A stretch of 64,000 nucleotides of DNA from Patescibacteria group bacterium (lineage in GTDB: Bacteria > Patescibacteriota > Microgenomatia > Levybacterales > UBA12049): positions 1,772 to 65,771 of the forward strand of contig DASYZL010000006.1 in NCBI GenBank assembly GCA_035946335.1, in the 5' to 3' direction. Made by a program: the position numbers and the translations under genes. Below the pieces are notes generated by a model. It saw nothing but the letters and a program-made list of their open reading frames with translations, did no database searches and was not told the origin of the DNA. Within the stretch, counting starts at the first letter, position 1. Each line of letters begins with the position of its first letter. This document shows positions 60,533 through 64,000 of the stretch, piece after piece.

Positions 60533-61270
60533 TTAGGAGAACAAACTGTTTTTTACTTTTTCTGCTACTAAATTATTAGCCCGCAACAACTCATCGTAGG
60601 ATGTTCCTGCATCAACCCACCAGTCCATAATACCAACTTCCATTGTTCCTTCTTTCACATAGATATTGTTTAAATCTGTTACTTCTAGTTCTCCCCGGGC
60701 TGAGGGTTTCAGTGTTTTGATGAAGCCAAAAACCCGCTCGTCATATAAATAGACACCAGTTTGGGCAAGGTCAGATTTGGGAACATCCGGCTTTTCTTCG
60801 ATGGACAATACTTTTCCGTCTCTTGTTTGTTCAATAACACCATACTGCTTTGAGTGTGTTGGCATATGCATACCAAAAACCATTGCGCCTTTTTTTCTTT
60901 TCTCAAATCGTTCAACATCAGACTTTAATGACTTTCCGAAAATACCATCTCCCAATAAAACTAATAATTTATTATTTCCTGTAAAATTTTCCGCAAGCCC
61001 TATAGCTTGAGAGATACCACCAGGTTTACTTTGAACAGTGAAATATAAATTGAGATTAAAGTCTGACCCATCTTTTAAGAGAGATGCAAATTGACCAGCA
61101 TGATCAGGAGACGAGGACAACAATACTTCCATAATACCGGCACGATGCATTGATTCAAGTGCATAGAAAATCATTGGCTTATTGTAAACCGGGAGCAAAT
61201 GTTTGTTTGTTACTGCAGTAAGCGGCCTGAGTCTGGTAGCTAATCCTCCGGCAAGAATAAGCCCTTTCAC
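60533..61270 (-). CDS. rmlA: glucose-1-phosphate thymidylyltransferase (RmlA/SpsI-like)
   Basis: GLILAGGLATRLRP, KHLLPV, EEKP, SARGELEVTD; GTG start at 61270. Confidence 0.88.
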   Translation of the reverse strand: MKGLILAGGLATRLRPLTAVTNKHLLPVYNKPMIFYALESMHRAGIMEVLLSSSPDHAGQFASLLKDGSDFNLNLYFTVQSKPGGISQAIGLAENFTGNNKLLVLLGDGIFGKSLKSDVERFEKRKKGAMVFGMHMPTHSKQYGVIEQTRDGKVLSIEEKPDVPKSDLAQTGVYLYDERVFGFIKTLKPSARGELEVTDLNNIYVKEGTMEVGIMDWWVDAGTSYDELLRANNLVAEKVKNSLFS

Positions 61271-61521
61271 AAAACTCCTTTCATAACCAGCATAATAATC
61301 GCAATTCCCATGAGTGCTATCGTACAATATTCCAAAACAATTTTCAATCGAAGATCATGATGGATAACATGATGCAATATTCCCCAAAAGCAATAGAATA
61401 GCGCCATAAAGAGAACAAGAAACAGTTGCAGTAATGTATTTCCTTGCGTTTGGCTGATAGCAAGCACAACAGCCCCAAGTACACCAATTTGGCAAATATA
61501 GTATCCAAGATGTTTTTTCAT
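61267..61521 (-). CDS. small 3-TM membrane protein
   Basis: WGILHH..H, IVLEY. Confidence 0.7.
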   Translation of the reverse strand: MKKHLGYYICQIGVLGAVVLAISQTQGNTLLQLFLVLFMALFYCFWGILHHVIHHDLRLKIVLEYCTIALMGIAIIMLVMKGVL

Positions 61522-61523
61522 TG

Positions 61524-62432
61524 TTACAATAGCACTCCGCTTCCTAGTAATGTCGCAATTAAGAGAATTGCAATTAGGAAAAGCATGTGGTCAATGTTAT
61601 GCCCTACGATTCTAATAATCTGTTTTCTGTCAATAAGAATCACATCAATCGTTAAGGTAATAATAAACATCAAAACAAGGGCCATGCCGATAAGTCGTAC
61701 CAGCAACACGCTATTCATAAGAGGTGCTCTTACTACTGCCTGCGATGATGCTTGAGGCGCAAGAGAAGGAGGTATTGTAGGCATTGGCGTTACTGTTGGA
61801 TTGGGGAAAATATAATTTTGCGCTTGCACCTGCTGCACAATAGGTGGAATCGTTTGGGGACTCTGCGCGTAGGTTCTACTTCCAAACATTTCAACGACAA
61901 GCACCGTGTTGTTGTCTCCGGTTAATGTTCCTTGCTGTACAGCAAATCCAACGTTTGTATAGTTTTTGGAAAGCATATTGGCACGATGCTCGGGACTATT
62001 CATCCATGCAGTAATCACATCAGATGCGGTTGTATAACCACGAGCAAGATTTTCTCCAGCAGTCGTGTAATGGTAACCAGCATCAGTAATAAATTGCCAT
62101 GGTGTTACCCCAGTTGGGGAAACGTGTGCCCAGTAGTTATGAAAAAACATATCTTCTGCTTTCCCTGCTGCAGCCTGGGTCAGTTGTGAGTCAATAGTTA
62201 ACGGCGAATCTCCTGCCTGTATTCTATCCTGATTGGTAAGATTGAGTAAATCCTGGGCAGAAATGTTATACGAAATACCCAGAACATCCTGGTAATTTTT
62301 CTTTACTGTTCCAACAAAAAAAGAGCCGATGAACAACGCCACAGCAATAACTAAAACGCTATCGTAGTGAAGTATTTTTGCGCGCTGATTATTGGAGTAA
62401 TGAGGAAGAAACAGATGACGAAATAATTCCAT
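61524..62432 (-). CDS. CAP (SCP) domain membrane protein
   Basis: TN..R, KAEDM, YWAH, AGENLA, WMNSPEHRAN. Confidence 0.92.
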   Translation of the reverse strand: MELFRHLFLPHYSNNQRAKILHYDSVLVIAVALFIGSFFVGTVKKNYQDVLGISYNISAQDLLNLTNQDRIQAGDSPLTIDSQLTQAAAGKAEDMFFHNYWAHVSPTGVTPWQFITDAGYHYTTAGENLARGYTTASDVITAWMNSPEHRANMLSKNYTNVGFAVQQGTLTGDNNTVLVVEMFGSRTYAQSPQTIPPIVQQVQAQNYIFPNPTVTPMPTIPPSLAPQASSQAVVRAPLMNSVLLVRLIGMALVLMFIITLTIDVILIDRKQIIRIVGHNIDHMLFLIAILLIATLLGSGVLL

Positions 62433-62494
62433 TGTGTATCGAGCATAGCAAAGAATAATAGAATTGCAAAGAGTTATTGTTTACACAATGTGAA

Positions 62495-63418
62495 TTAATA
62501 TGTTGGCTCAACAGAAAATTTTCCGTCCTTAATGCTTTGACCATTTACTGGAATGTTCATAGCAAATGCAAATGCATTTGCTATTGCAACACCAACCCGG
62601 AGTCCTGTGAATGAACCTGGTCCAACCGCAACTGAAATATCTGTCAGGTCTTTTGCTGCAAGATTATGTTCTTTCAGCAGTTCGTCAATCATCGGTAAAA
62701 CATTTTGTGAACTTCTGGGAATAACTACTTCTTCCTTTATGTATGTTTTTCCACCAATGGCAAGGGATACAATAATTTTTTTGTTATCGCTGGTGTCAAT
62801 ATATATTATTCTTTCCCCTATAGTTTCTGATAGTTGCACATGCACAATCCCTTCTCTTAGTATTTTCCAAGGATACACTGAACAATCAATAATTGTTGAT
62901 ACGCTGCTTCCTCCACTTGGTTCAAGTAATGTAAAATCAACGAGTGATAATAAGCGTTTGTCGATATCAGCAAACGCTGAAGGCGTTTTTTCACCAGCAA
63001 AATTTGCCGATGGCGCAATTAGCGGCACACCAACTCCTTGAATCAATTGCAAAAGGATGGGATGATTTGTTTGTCGAACCGCAAGTGTTATTCCATTTGC
63101 CCGCACAATTGAAGCAACCTTTTCTGTTTTGCATGGCAGGATAATAGTCAACCCTCCTGGCCAGTATCTTTGTAGTAATTGTTCTTTAACTTCCAGAGGA
63201 ATTGGCAAAAGATAGTCTTGGGCCATTTTAACACTGTCAACAACAACCAATACTGCTTTTTCTTCAGGCCTTTTTCTGATTGCAAACACTTTTTTTATTG
63301 CTTGCTCGTCATCAATCCTACAACCAATGCCATAAACTGTATCTGTTGGAAAAATGCCAACGCCACCTTTTCTAAGTAGTTCTATGGCCCGTTGGATATC
63401 TTTTGCATGGAGTATCAT
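62495..63418 (-). CDS. tsaC: TsaC (Sua5/YrdC) fused to N-terminal half of TsaB
   Basis: FPTDTVYG, WPGGLT, SAN, STIID; then IDTS...GPGSFTGLRVG. Confidence 0.9.
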   Translation of the reverse strand: MILHAKDIQRAIELLRKGGVGIFPTDTVYGIGCRIDDEQAIKKVFAIRKRPEEKAVLVVVDSVKMAQDYLLPIPLEVKEQLLQRYWPGGLTIILPCKTEKVASIVRANGITLAVRQTNHPILLQLIQGVGVPLIAPSANFAGEKTPSAFADIDKRLLSLVDFTLLEPSGGSSVSTIIDCSVYPWKILREGIVHVQLSETIGERIIYIDTSDNKKIIVSLAIGGKTYIKEEVVIPRSSQNVLPMIDELLKEHNLAAKDLTDISVAVGPGSFTGLRVGVAIANAFAFAMNIPVNGQSIKDGKFSVEPTY

Positions 63419-63870
63419 ATTTTTTGTATGGTTATTTTTCTCTTGTTTTCATCAAGATAAGTTAATTGTAATTGCCATGCCGACTTAGGCATATATCTTC
63501 CTAATTTTTCCGGCCACTCGATAACAGTAAGCGCAGAAGAATTCTGCAAAATATCTTCTATGCCTAAATCTTTAATTTCGTCTTCGTTTTGTATCCGGTA
63601 CAAATCAATATGATAAAAATCGTGTATGCTATCAGCATTTGTTGCTATTGCATATTTTCTCAGGATAATAAATGATGGTGAAATAATCCGCTGTTGTATA
63701 CCAAATGCTTTTGCTAACCCTTGAGTAAAACTTGTTTTGCCGCTTCCAAGATCGCCGGACAACAGTATTGTATGCCCACCTGTCACATGTTTCGCAAAAT
63801 TGTAAGCAACATGCTGTGTTTCTACAAGACTATTAGTAATAATTGCACGCGTTCGCATAGAAGATATCAT
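63415..63870 (-). CDS. tsaE: t6A ATPase TsaE
   Basis: GDLGSGKT, SPSF, HIDLYRI, IEWPE. Confidence 0.95.
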   Translation of the reverse strand: MISSMRTRAIITNSLVETQHVAYNFAKHVTGGHTILLSGDLGSGKTSFTQGLAKAFGIQQRIISPSFIILRKYAIATNADSIHDFYHIDLYRIQNEDEIKDLGIEDILQNSSALTVIEWPEKLGRYMPKSAWQLQLTYLDENKRKITIQKI

Positions 63871-64000
63871 TGTTTTGTATTGTAAATGTTGAGTATACCA
63901 TACACAAGGACACAAAGAATCCCTTCCCTGCAAATTTTATAAAGAAAGGTTTGATGAGACAATGTTCGTGTTAGAAGGTTACTTTATCTACCTCCACAAT

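Noticed and set aside
335-63379. Many 60-170 aa ORFs overlapping or antisense to confident genes (e.g. 8425-8763, 18603-19100, 37600-37995, 51127-51648, 62553-63041)
   Set aside because: Shadow frames of well-supported genes, with no motifs or initiation signals.
1-64000. CRISPR array, cas genes, rRNA, IS transposase
   Set aside because: No regularly spaced identical repeats or diagnostic motifs were seen. Repeats A-E are degenerate and separated by whole genes.

Overview
AT-rich bacterial chromosome segment. The gene content (gltX, short-type aspS, recJ, CCA-adding enzyme, secDF, DUF3048/DUF4446, tsaE/tsaC, nucleotide-sugar cluster, many apparently leaderless genes, no amino-acid biosynthesis) suggests a Patescibacteria/CPR organism, probably Microgenomates; this is an inference. 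Positions 1-15 kb hold transporters, an RRM + DEAD-box operon and a large secreted GH5-dockerin-phosphoesterase protein. About 15.4-28.0 kb is an accessory island ending in a large serine recombinase (LSR) whose C-terminus reads into the antisense strand of tRNA-Gln(CTG). Inside the island, four clear and one weak degenerate copies of the LSR-tail/att junction separate blocks of one to several cargo genes, like an integron-style accretion array. The cargo includes a copper operon and an OLD nuclease flanked by two membrane proteins. The element core also carries a highly structured non-coding leader. Positions 28-64 kb are mostly housekeeping and surface-glycan genes, plus a 6S-like RNA, a leader-peptide attenuator, a CIRCE box on htrA and a TsaC-TsaB fusion. 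A second attenuator-like leader lies at 9.2-9.4 kb. No CRISPR array or rRNA was seen. All calls were made by eye, without database searches.
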